Source: Macrostomum lignano
Taxonomy: Eukaryota
Reading direction: 5' to 3'
Length of the DNA: 64,000 nt
Assembly: GCA_002269645.1 (NCBI GenBank)
Contig: NIVC01003506.1
Location: 1-64,000 of the forward strand
The notes beneath the pieces are model-generated. The model made no database searches. It saw only the letters and a list, made by a program, of their open reading frames with translations, and was not told the DNA's origin. Shown in pieces: positions 52,814-64,000 of this stretch (position 1 is the first letter of the stretch; each line of letters opens with the position of its first letter). A program made the translations under genes and the position numbers.

Positions 52814-53699
52814 GCTTGTTAGAGTTTTCACTTACCAGCAAAATTTATGCAAGATTGGTCAGTCCATTGTGACGTGTCCTACTCAAAGTAGTAAGAATGA
52901 TTTTATTGTTGCCAATCGTGTCGCTGTGTGCGCGCCTTCAATTCCCTGCTGACTGGGTGGGCAGCTTCTCTTTGTATCTAAGGCTGGTTTTGGCCACAGA
53001 CACTGGAATAACTAGATGGGCCACTCAGGACATTTGCGTGTAAACTACTTTCAGTTCAGTAGCAAGTTAAATAAAAGCATTTTAATGTATTTTTAAGTCA
53101 AGGATTATTTATTGGCTCCCTCTAACTTTAAGCCATCCAACCGCGCCTTTTTACGCTGCCCCACCCCAATTTTTATTGCCTCTCTCTCGGAATTCCACTC
53201 AAAAGCCGATTTCAGTAGACTGGCTAATGTACATTATTGCTGAACCAATTAGCAAATTGTTAGCGCCTGCAAGCTTGGGCTTCTGAACTTATCAAAGTAA
53301 TTTCAGCTGCCTTTATTTAAAAAATAGCTTATGTATTCTTCTTTGCTACTGAACTGACAGTATATGTGCCTGAGTGGCCCATCTTATTGTTTTATAGTAA
53401 GTATCTGTGGTTTTGGCGAAGTGACTCGCATTTTCAACTATTGATATTGATGTTATTTATTAGTCTGCAGAGATGTCATATCAGTGGATAGCGCGTGTGG
53501 CAGCCAGGTTCAATTTTTCATAACTTGTGCAGCTGTGCCAATATGCAGTCTGGCCTGTGTGAACCCGTTTATTGTGTGTTCTGTGTTTACCCATGGCTAA
53601 ATTGAAACTAACACCAAATATTTATAAATCAGTCAACGAGAATTTGACTTTATTAAACCAGGGGTCGGCTAACTCTGAGAAGCCTCTCTGTCCTCATGT

Positions 53700-54135
53700 C
53701 TGTTTTGAGCTCTCTCTCCTCTCCTCTCGCTCTTCTCTCCTCTCTCTCTTTACTCTCCCCTCCTCTCTCCTCTCCCATCTCTTCTCTTCTCCTCTCTTCT
53801 CTCCCCCCTTTACTCTCTTCTCTCTCCTCTCCCCTCTTCTCTCTTATCTCCCCTCTCTCCCTCTCCTCTATTTTCTTTCCTTTCCTTCTCCTCTCGAATT
53901 TCTTCTCCCCTTTTATCTCCTCTTGCTACTCTCTCGCCTTTACTCTCCTCTCTTCTCTCTTCTCTCTTCTCTCTTATCTTCTCTCCACTCTCTCCTCGTC
54001 TCTCCTCTTTCCCTTCTTCTCTCTTCTCTCTTCTCTCTCCTCTCCCCTCTCACCTCCTCAATCCTCTCTCCTCTACTCTCCCCTCTCCTCTCTCCCATCG
54101 CTCTCCCCTTATCTTGTATATTTTCCCTCATCCCA
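53700..54135. repeat. CT-rich low-complexity tract
   Basis: Almost purely pyrimidine on the + strand. Confidence 0.92.
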
Positions 54136-54152
54136 TATGTCGCCTCTGCTCT

Positions 54153-57100
54153 CCACTCTCATCTGTCATCTTCAATCTCCTATCATTTCCACTCTCATCT
54201 GTCATCTTCAATCTCCTATCATTTCCACTCTCATCTGTCATCTTCAATCCCCTATCATTTCCACTCTCATCTGTCATCTTCAATCCCCTATCATTTCCAC
54301 TCTCATCTGTCATCTTCAATCCCCTATCATTTCCACTCTCATCTGTCATCTTCAATCCCCTATCATTTCCACTCTCATCTGTCATCTTCAATCCCCTATC
54401 ATTTCCACTCTCATCTGTCATCTTCAATCCCCTATCATTTCCACTCTCATCTGTCATCTTCAATCCCCTATCATTTCCACTCTCATCTGTCATCTTCAAT
54501 CCCCTATCATTTCCACTCTCATCTGTCATCTTCAATCCCCTATCATTTCCACTCTCATCTGTCATCTTCAATCCCCTATCATTTCCACTCTCATCTGTCA
54601 TCTTCAATCCCCTATCATTTCCACTCTCATCTGTCATCTTCAATCCCCTATCATTTCCACTCTCATCTGTCATCTTCAATCCCCTATCATTTCCACTCTC
54701 ATCTGTCATCTTCAATCCCCTATCATTTCCACTCTCATCTGTCATCTTCAATCCCCTATCATTTCCACTCTCATCTGTCATCTTCAATCCCCTATCATTT
54801 CCACTCTCATCTGTCATCTTCAATCCCCTATCATTTCCACTCTCATCTGTCATCTTCAATCCCCTATCATTTCCACTCTCATCTGTCATCTTCAATCCCC
54901 TATCATTTCCACTCTCATCTGTCATCTTCAATCCCCTATCATTTCCACTCTCATCTGTCATCTTCAATCCCCTATCATTTCCACTCTCATCTGTCATCTT
55001 CAATCCCCTATCATTTCCACTCTCATCTGTCATCTTCAATCCCCTATCATTTCCACTCTCATCTGTCATCTTCAATCCCCTATCATTTCCACTCTCATCT
55101 GTCATCTTCAATCCCCTATCATTTCCACTCTCATCTGTCATCTTCAATCCCCTATCATTTCCACTCTCATCTGTCATCTTCAATCCCCTATCATTTCCAC
55201 TCTCATCTGTCATCTTCAATCCCCTATCATTTCCACTCTCATCTGTCATCTTCAATCCCCTATCATTTCCACTCTCATCTGTCATCTTCAATCCCCTATC
55301 ATTTCCACTCTCATCTGTCATCTTCAATCCCCTATCATTTCCACTCTCATCTGTCATCTTCAATCCCCTATCATTTCCACTCTCATCTGTCATCTTCAAT
55401 CCCCTATCATTTCCACTCTCATCTGTCATCTTCAATCCCCTATCATTTCCACTCTCATCTGTCATCTTCAATCCCCTATCATTTCCACTCTCATCTGTCA
55501 TCTTCAATCCCCTATCATTTCCACTCTCATCTGTCATCTTCAATCCCCTATCATTTCCACTCTCATCTGTCATCTTCAATCCCCTATCATTTCCACTCTC
55601 ATCTGTCATCTTCAATCCCCTATCATTTCCACTCTCATCTGTCATCTTCAATCCCCTATCATTTCCACTCTCATCTGTCATCTTCAATCCCCTATCATTT
55701 CCACTCTCATCTGTCATCTTCAATCCCCTATCATTTCCACTCTCATCTGTCATCTTCAATCCCCTATCATTTCCACTCTCATCTGTCATCTTCAATCCCC
55801 TATCATTTCCACTCTCATCTGTCATCTTCAATCCCCTATCATTTCCACTCTCATCTGTCATCTTCAATCCCCTATCATTTCCACTCTCATCTGTCATCTT
55901 CAATCCCCTATCATTTCCACTCTCATCTGTCATCTTCAATCCCCTATCATTTCCACTCTCATCTGTCATCTTCAATCCCCTATCATTTCCACTCTCATCT
56001 GTCATCTTCAATCCCCTATCATTTCCACTCTCATCTGTCATCTTCAATCCCCTATCATTTCCACTCTCATCTGTCATCTTCAATCCCCTATCATTTCCAC
56101 TCTCATCTGTCATCTTCAATCCCCTATCATTTCCACTCTCATCTGTCATCTTCAATCCCCTATCATTTCCACTCTCATCTGTCATCTTCAATCCCCTATC
56201 ATTTCCACTCTCATCTGTCATCTTCAATCCCCTATCATTTCCACTCTCATCTGTCATCTTCAATCCCCTATCATTTCCACTCTCATCTGTCATCTTCAAT
56301 CCCCTATCATTTCCACTCTCATCTGTCATCTTCAATCCCCTATCATTTCCACTCTCATCTGTCATCTTCAATCCCCTATCATTTCCACTCTCATCTGTCA
56401 TCTTCAATCCCCTATCATTTCCACTCTCATCTGTCATCTTCAATCCCCTATCATTTCCACTCTCATCTGTCATCTTCAATCCCCTATCATTTCCACTCTC
56501 ATCTGTCATCTTCAATCCCCTATCATTTCCACTCTCATCTGTCATCTTCAATCCCCTATCATTTCCACTCTCATCTGTCATCTTCAATCCCCTATCATTT
56601 CCACTCTCATCTGTCATCTTCAATCCCCTATCATTTCCACTCTCATCTGTCATCTTCAATCCCCTATCATTTCCACTCTCATCTGTCATCTTCAATCCCC
56701 TATCATTTCCACTCTCATCTGTCATCTTCAATCCCCTATCATTTCCACTCTCATCTGTCATCTTCAATCCCCTATCATTTCCACTCTCATCTGTCATCTT
56801 CAATCCCCTATCATTTCCACTCTCATCTGTCATCTTCAATCCCCTATCATTTCCACTCTCATCTGTCATCTTCAATCCCCTATCATTTCCACTCTCATCT
56901 GTCATCTTCAATCCCCTATCATTTCCACTCTCATCTGTCATCTTCAATCCCCTATCATTTCCACTCTCATCTGTCATCTTCAATCCCCTATCATTTCCAC
57001 TCTCATCTGTCATCTTCAATCCCCTATCATTTCCACTCTCATCTGTCATCTTCAATCCCCTATCATTTCCACTCTCATCTGTCATCTTCAATCCCCTATC

Positions 57101-60100
57101 ATTTCCACTCTCATCTGTCATCTTCAATCCCCTATCATTTCCACTCTCATCTGTCATCTTCAATCCCCTATCATTTCCACTCTCATCTGTCATCTTCAAT
57201 CCCCTATCATTTCCACTCTCATCTGTCATCTTCAATCCCCTATCATTTCCACTCTCATCTGTCATCTTCAATCCCCTATCATTTCCACTCTCATCTGTCA
57301 TCTTCAATCCCCTATCATTTCCACTCTCATCTGTCATCTTCAATCCCCTATCATTTCCACTCTCATCTGTCATCTTCAATCCCCTATCATTTCCACTCTC
57401 ATCTGTCATCTTCAATCCCCTATCATTTCCACTCTCATCTGTCATCTTCAATCCCCTATCATTTCCACTCTCATCTGTCATCTTCAATCCCCTATCATTT
57501 CCACTCTCATCTGTCATCTTCAATCCCCTATCATTTCCACTCTCATCTGTCATCTTCAATCCCCTATCATTTCCACTCTCATCTGTCATCTTCAATCCCC
57601 TATCATTTCCACTCTCATCTGTCATCTTCAATCCCCTATCATTTCCACTCTCATCTGTCATCTTCAATCCCCTATCATTTCCACTCTCATCTGTCATCTT
57701 CAATCCCCTATCATTTCCACTCTCATCTGTCATCTTCAATCCCCTATCATTTCCACTCTCATCTGTCATCTTCAATCCCCTATCATTTCCACTCTCATCT
57801 GTCATCTTCAATCCCCTATCATTTCCACTCTCATCTGTCATCTTCAATCCCCTATCATTTCCACTCTCATCTGTCATCTTCAATCCCCTATCATTTCCAC
57901 TCTCATCTGTCATCTTCAATCCCCTATCATTTCCACTCTCATCTGTCATCTTCAATCCCCTATCATTTCCACTCTCATCTGTCATCTTCAATCCCCTATC
58001 ATTTCCACTCTCATCTGTCATCTTCAATCCCCTATCATTTCCACTCTCATCTGTCATCTTCAATCCCCTATCATTTCCACTCTCATCTGTCATCTTCAAT
58101 CCCCTATCATTTCCACTCTCATCTGTCATCTTCAATCCCCTATCATTTCCACTCTCATCTGTCATCTTCAATCCCCTATCATTTCCACTCTCATCTGTCA
58201 TCTTCAATCCCCTATCATTTCCACTCTCATCTGTCATCTTCAATCCCCTATCATTTCCACTCTCATCTGTCATCTTCAATCCCCTATCATTTCCACTCTC
58301 ATCTGTCATCTTCAATCCCCTATCATTTCCACTCTCATCTGTCATCTTCAATCCCCTATCATTTCCACTCTCATCTGTCATCTTCAATCCCCTATCATTT
58401 CCACTCTCATCTGTCATCTTCAATCCCCTATCATTTCCACTCTCATCTGTCATCTTCAATCCCCTATCATTTCCACTCTCATCTGTCATCTTCAATCCCC
58501 TATCATTTCCACTCTCATCTGTCATCTTCAATCCCCTATCATTTCCACTCTCATCTGTCATCTTCAATCCCCTATCATTTCCACTCTCATCTGTCATCTT
58601 CAATCCCCTATCATTTCCACTCTCATCTGTCATCTTCAATCCCCTATCATTTCCACTCTCATCTGTCATCTTCAATCCCCTATCATTTCCACTCTCATCT
58701 GTCATCTTCAATCCCCTATCATTTCCACTCTCATCTGTCATCTTCAATCCCCTATCATTTCCACTCTCATCTGTCATCTTCAATCCCCTATCATTTCCAC
58801 TCTCATCTGTCATCTTCAATCCCCTATCATTTCCACTCTCATCTGTCATCTTCAATCCCCTATCATTTCCACTCTCATCTGTCATCTTCAATCCCCTATC
58901 ATTTCCACTCTCATCTGTCATCTTCAATCCCCTATCATTTCCACTCTCATCTGTCATCTTCAATCCCCTATCATTTCCACTCTCATCTGTCATCTTCAAT
59001 CCCCTATCATTTCCACTCTCATCTGTCATCTTCAATCCCCTATCATTTCCACTCTCATCTGTCATCTTCAATCCCCTATCATTTCCACTCTCATCTGTCA
59101 TCTTCAATCCCCTATCATTTCCACTCTCATCTGTCATCTTCAATCCCCTATCATTTCCACTCTCATCTGTCATCTTCAATCCCCTATCATTTCCACTCTC
59201 ATCTGTCATCTTCAATCCCCTATCATTTCCACTCTCATCTGTCATCTTCAATCCCCTATCATTTCCACTCTCATCTGTCATCTTCAATCCCCTATCATTT
59301 CCACTCTCATCTGTCATCTTCAATCCCCTATCATTTCCACTCTCATCTGTCATCTTCAATCCCCTATCATTTCCACTCTCATCTGTCATCTTCAATCCCC
59401 TATCATTTCCACTCTCATCTGTCATCTTCAATCCCCTATCATTTCCACTCTCATCTGTCATCTTCAATCCCCTATCATTTCCACTCTCATCTGTCATCTT
59501 CAATCCCCTATCATTTCCACTCTCATCTGTCATCTTCAATCCCCTATCATTTCCACTCTCATCTGTCATCTTCAATCCCCTATCATTTCCACTCTCATCT
59601 GTCATCTTCAATCCCCTATCATTTCCACTCTCATCTGTCATCTTCAATCCCCTATCATTTCCACTCTCATCTGTCATCTTCAATCCCCTATCATTTCCAC
59701 TCTCATCTGTCATCTTCAATCCCCTATCATTTCCACTCTCATCTGTCATCTTCAATCCCCTATCATTTCCACTCTCATCTGTCATCTTCAATCCCCTATC
59801 ATTTCCACTCTCATCTGTCATCTTCAATCCCCTATCATTTCCACTCTCATCTGTCATCTTCAATCCCCTATCATTTCCACTCTCATCTGTCATCTTCAAT
59901 CCCCTATCATTTCCACTCTCATCTGTCATCTTCAATCCCCTATCATTTCCACTCTCATCTGTCATCTTCAATCCCCTATCATTTCCACTCTCATCTGTCA
60001 TCTTCAATCCCCTATCATTTCCACTCTCATCTGTCATCTTCAATCCCCTATCATTTCCACTCTCATCTGTCATCTTCAATCCCCTATCATTTCCACTCTC

Positions 60101-61797
60101 ATCTGTCATCTTCAATCCCCTATCATTTCCACTCTCATCTGTCATCTTCAATCCCCTATCATTTCCACTCTCATCTGTCATCTTCAATCCCCTATCATTT
60201 CCACTCTCATCTGTCATCTTCAATCCCCTATCATTTCCACTCTCATCTGTCATCTTCAATCCCCTATCATTTCCACTCTCATCTGTCATCTTCAATCCCC
60301 TATCATTTCCACTCTCATCTGTCATCTTCAATCCCCTATCATTTCCACTCTCATCTGTCATCTTCAATCCCCTATCATTTCCACTCTCATCTGTCATCTT
60401 CAATCCCCTATCATTTCCACTCTCATCTGTCATCTTCAATCCCCTATCATTTCCACTCTCATCTGTCATCTTCAATCCCCTATCATTTCCACTCTCATCT
60501 GTCATCTTCAATCCCCTATCATTTCCACTCTCATCTGTCATCTTCAATCCCCTATCATTTCCACTCTCATCTGTCATCTTCAATCCCCTATCATTTCCAC
60601 TCTCATCTGTCATCTTCAATCCCCTATCATTTCCACTCTCATCTGTCATCTTCAATCCCCTATCATTTCCACTCTCATCTGTCATCTTCAATCCCCTATC
60701 ATTTCCACTCTCATCTGTCATCTTCAATCCCCTATCATTTCCACTCTCATCTGTCATCTTCAATCCCCTATCATTTCCACTCTCATCTGTCATCTTCAAT
60801 CCCCTATCATTTCCACTCTCATCTGTCATCTTCAATCCCCTATCATTTCCACTCTCATCTGTCATCTTCAATCCCCTATCATTTCCACTCTCATCTGTCA
60901 TCTTCAATCCCCTATCATTTCCACTCTCATCTGTCATCTTCAATCCCCTATCATTTCCACTCTCATCTGTCATCTTCAATCCCCTATCATTTCCACTCTC
61001 ATCTGTCATCTTCAATCCCCTATCATTTCCACTCTCATCTGTCATCTTCAATCCCCTATCATTTCCACTCTCATCTGTCATCTTCAATCCCCTATCATTT
61101 CCACTCTCATCTGTCATCTTCAATCCCCTATCATTTCCACTCTCATCTGTCATCTTCAATCCCCTATCATTTCCACTCTCATCTGTCATCTTCAATCCCC
61201 TATCATTTCCACTCTCATCTGTCATCTTCAATCCCCTATCATTTCCACTCTCATCTGTCATCTTCAATCCCCTATCATTTCCACTCTCATCTGTCATCTT
61301 CAATCCCCTATCATTTCCACTCTCATCTGTCATCTTCAATCCCCTATCATTTCCACTCTCATCTGTCATCTTCAATCCCCTATCATTTCCACTCTCATCT
61401 GTCATCTTCAATCCCCTATCATTTCCACTCTCATCTGTCATCTTCAATCCCCTATCATTTCCACTCTCATCTGTCATCTTCAATCCCCTATCATTTCCAC
61501 TCTCATCTGTCATCTTCAATCCCCTATCATTTCCACTCTCATCTGTCATCTTCAATCCCCTATCATTTCCACTCTCATCTGTCATCTTCAATCCCCTATC
61601 ATTTCCACTCTCATCTGTCATCTTCAATCCCCTATCATTTCCACTCTCATCTGTCATCTTCAATCCCCTATCATTTCCACTCTCATCTGTCATCTTCAAT
61701 CCCCTATCATTTCCACTCTCATCTGTCATCTTCAATCCCCTATCATTTCCACTCTCATCTGTCATCTTCAATCCCCTATCATTTCCACTCTCATCTG
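54153..61797. repeat. 36-bp satellite, 212 full copies plus a 13-bp partial
   Basis: Unit CCACTCTCATCTGTCATCTTCAATCCCCTATCATTT; 54153-61784 = 7632 bp = 212 x 36; only the first two units differ (one C>T). Confidence 0.99.
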
Positions 61798-63429
61798 GCC
61801 CCAGATGTGAAAGCTTGCCAACCCCTGAATTAAACAATAATTTTTGTAACTTTGTGTTTCTTTATGCTGATAGCCACAATGATTTTTATTTTATTTGTGA
61901 CAACATTAGCTTTTTTATGTCTAATTATTAGTGCCCATTAACAGTGAAAATTTTCACATGTGTTTTATTTATTTATAAAACGACAACCCACAGCTCCATT
62001 CGTTTGTTCTGTACATCCGCAGCTGAACTGTTTTTACTAAGCAACTTTGTTTTTATTTTTTATTAATTTTTGTTAGACTTTTTCAAATATAGAGTGAAAA
62101 ACTTGGCGCTCGTGTTAGTTAGTAGCAGCGAATGCGTTTTGTCACTATTATTTGGGCTGATTTAAGATTTTATAGCGTGCGCCCAGTTTTTTGCCCCCCC
62201 CCTCGGGCTTGTGTTCGTACACACTGAACCGCTAGCTCTGCTTTTGCTCAAGTCTAAGTGATTTTTGTGTGTTTATCTAATTTCAGTTTTAAACTGGCCA
62301 GTGTGAAACTGCAAGCTATTCAGGTACATTGAGTCACTTCTTATCTTATCGGTTTTTGCTGGGCCAAAAATCGCATTCATCCTAGTCTAGAGTACATGCA
62401 GAATACTTATGAGTCTGCATCTATACCAGATTCATATGTACGGCCGTACTTGAGGAAGGAAGAAGAGAACAAAGAAAGAAGACGCAACGGTAGAAATTTG
62501 CAATGCCACAACACGAATACTAAAAGCAATTTTTTTAATCGATTTAACAAATTTTAACCATAATCGCAAAGTTCGCTACGGCTCACCGCGATAAACAGGG
62601 ATAAAATACATTGTGTGTAAATGACTAAATATATTAAAACAATAAATTCTAATGTCACAACATCTAAATATTGATTTTTCTATTATTATTAACGCGTTAA
62701 TGAATAAAAATTCATTGGTACATTCCTCTCAGATAGCAGCCTTCAAAACCAGGTAGATCAAAATCAAAAACATTCCGTGACATTTAATTAATAATTTCAG
62801 GTGAATTGCAGCATTGCAGAATAATAAATCGTAAACAGAATAAATAAACTGTCAAAACAGTGACAAGTACAGCTCGTAAATATTTCAACTGACTGAAATT
62901 TCAACAGCTTGCGAAAACCAGCTGTATGAGGTTAAAGGATCATTGCGGATTAGGACCCAATAGAATAAACGGCAGCTTTATATAAATAGAGATGTCTAAA
63001 CACCTGTGACTGCGTGCTAATAATAATGCATGAATTAAAGCGATAAACTTGCTAGTGTGACACGGAAACGCCCTAGCAACAAAAAACAGCTGACTAAATT
63101 AAACAAGAAAGAATAACAAAAAAACTAACTAGACTACTGAATATGAGTAGCAATATAAAAAGGAATATCGCGACCGCTTGTGTTAAGCAGATAATTATGC
63201 ATTTTTGTTATAGCAAGAATTCGCCTTGGGTAATGACCGCCGGATCAGCTGCTGACGTTCTGCTTCAAATGATTTCTTGACTGAGTTTGCTCAAATTGAT
63301 GTGCAGCTGATGCCGAGGGTCTTGAGAAAACTTTCTCGATAAACATTACTTTCTCATCATCATTTCGTGTATTGACCAATCATAAGTTATTCGTTAGCCG
63401 AGCTTTTTAAAATTGTTGAAAATCATCAA

Positions 63430-64000
63430 GTCACTGATTGATTATCAATACCTCACTGATTGATCATCAATACCTCACTGATTAATCATCAATAAGTAAC
63501 TGATTGATCATCAATACCTCACTGATTAATCATCAATAAGTAACTGGTTGATCATCAATACCTCACTGATTAATCATCAATAAGTAACTGGTTGATCATC
63601 AATACCTCACTGATTGATCATCAATAAGTAACTGATTGATCATCAATAAATCACTGATTGATTATCAATAACTCACTGATTGATCAGCAAAATATCACTG
63701 ATTGATCATCAATAAACCACTGATTGATCATCAATAAACCACTGATTGATCATCAATAATTCACTGATTGATCAACAATAAATCACTGATTGATCATCAA
63801 TAAACCACTGATTGATCATCAATAAACCACTGATTGATCATCAATAAATCACTGATTGATCATCAATAAACCACTGATTGATCATCAATAAACCACTGAT
63901 TGATCATCAATAATTCACTGATTGATCATCAATAAACCACTGATTGATCATCAATAATTCACTGATTGATCATCAATAAACCACTGATTGATCATCAATA
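63430..64000. repeat. 22-bp minisatellite, about 26 copies, runs off the window
   Basis: Unit TCAATAAACCACTGATTGATCA. Confidence 0.95.

Larger units (their letters stand above)
53659..61827. mobile_element. non-autonomous hAT-type element (8169 bp) carrying a satellite array
   Basis: Left end CAGGGGTCGGCTAACT (53659-53674), right end reverse complement CAGGGGTTGGCAAGCT (61812-61827), 13/16 identical; flanks TATTAAAC and AATTAAAC (7/8 identical, central TA). Confidence 0.8.

Noticed and set aside
53572-61931. Four giant ORFs of 2569-2753 aa
   Set aside because: They are translations of a stop-free 36-bp satellite (36 is divisible by 3) in overlapping frames on both strands, inside a TIR-bounded element; no coding evidence.
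62383-62428. Helitron 3' end (hairpin ATGCAGA..TCTGCAT followed by CTAG on the minus strand)
   Set aside because: No A|T insertion context and no TC 5' end located.
63220-63345. Possible terminal exon of a minus-strand gene lying beyond the window
   Set aside because: Acceptor-like site and modest GC only; frame and product cannot be determined.

Overview
Eukaryotic (animal) genomic DNA with GC-rich exons separated by AT-rich or minisatellite-filled introns. The style (exon GC, polyQ/polyA tracts, dense minisatellites) suggests a free-living flatworm such as Macrostomum; this is inference only. Five spliced protein-coding genes were reconstructed by hand from splice sites and reading frames: a Fem-1 orthologue (+, 5' exon not found), a tetraspanin (-), a divergent forkhead factor (-), a 1449-aa protein with five ZC3H7/HELZ2-like CCCH modules (-) and an ANKRD10 orthologue (+). 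Every intron longer than about 300 bp is filled by its own minisatellite. Intergenic DNA holds a tRNA-derived CORE-like SINE, several TIR-bounded non-autonomous DNA transposons, a decayed hAT-like transposase and CpG-depleted repeat debris. The most striking structure is an 8.2-kb hAT-type element (16-bp TIRs, 8-bp TSD) whose interior is 212 near-identical copies of a 36-bp unit. A cluster of canonical RFX X-boxes lies at the tetraspanin/Fox locus. The giant ORFs in the ORF track are repeat artefacts.
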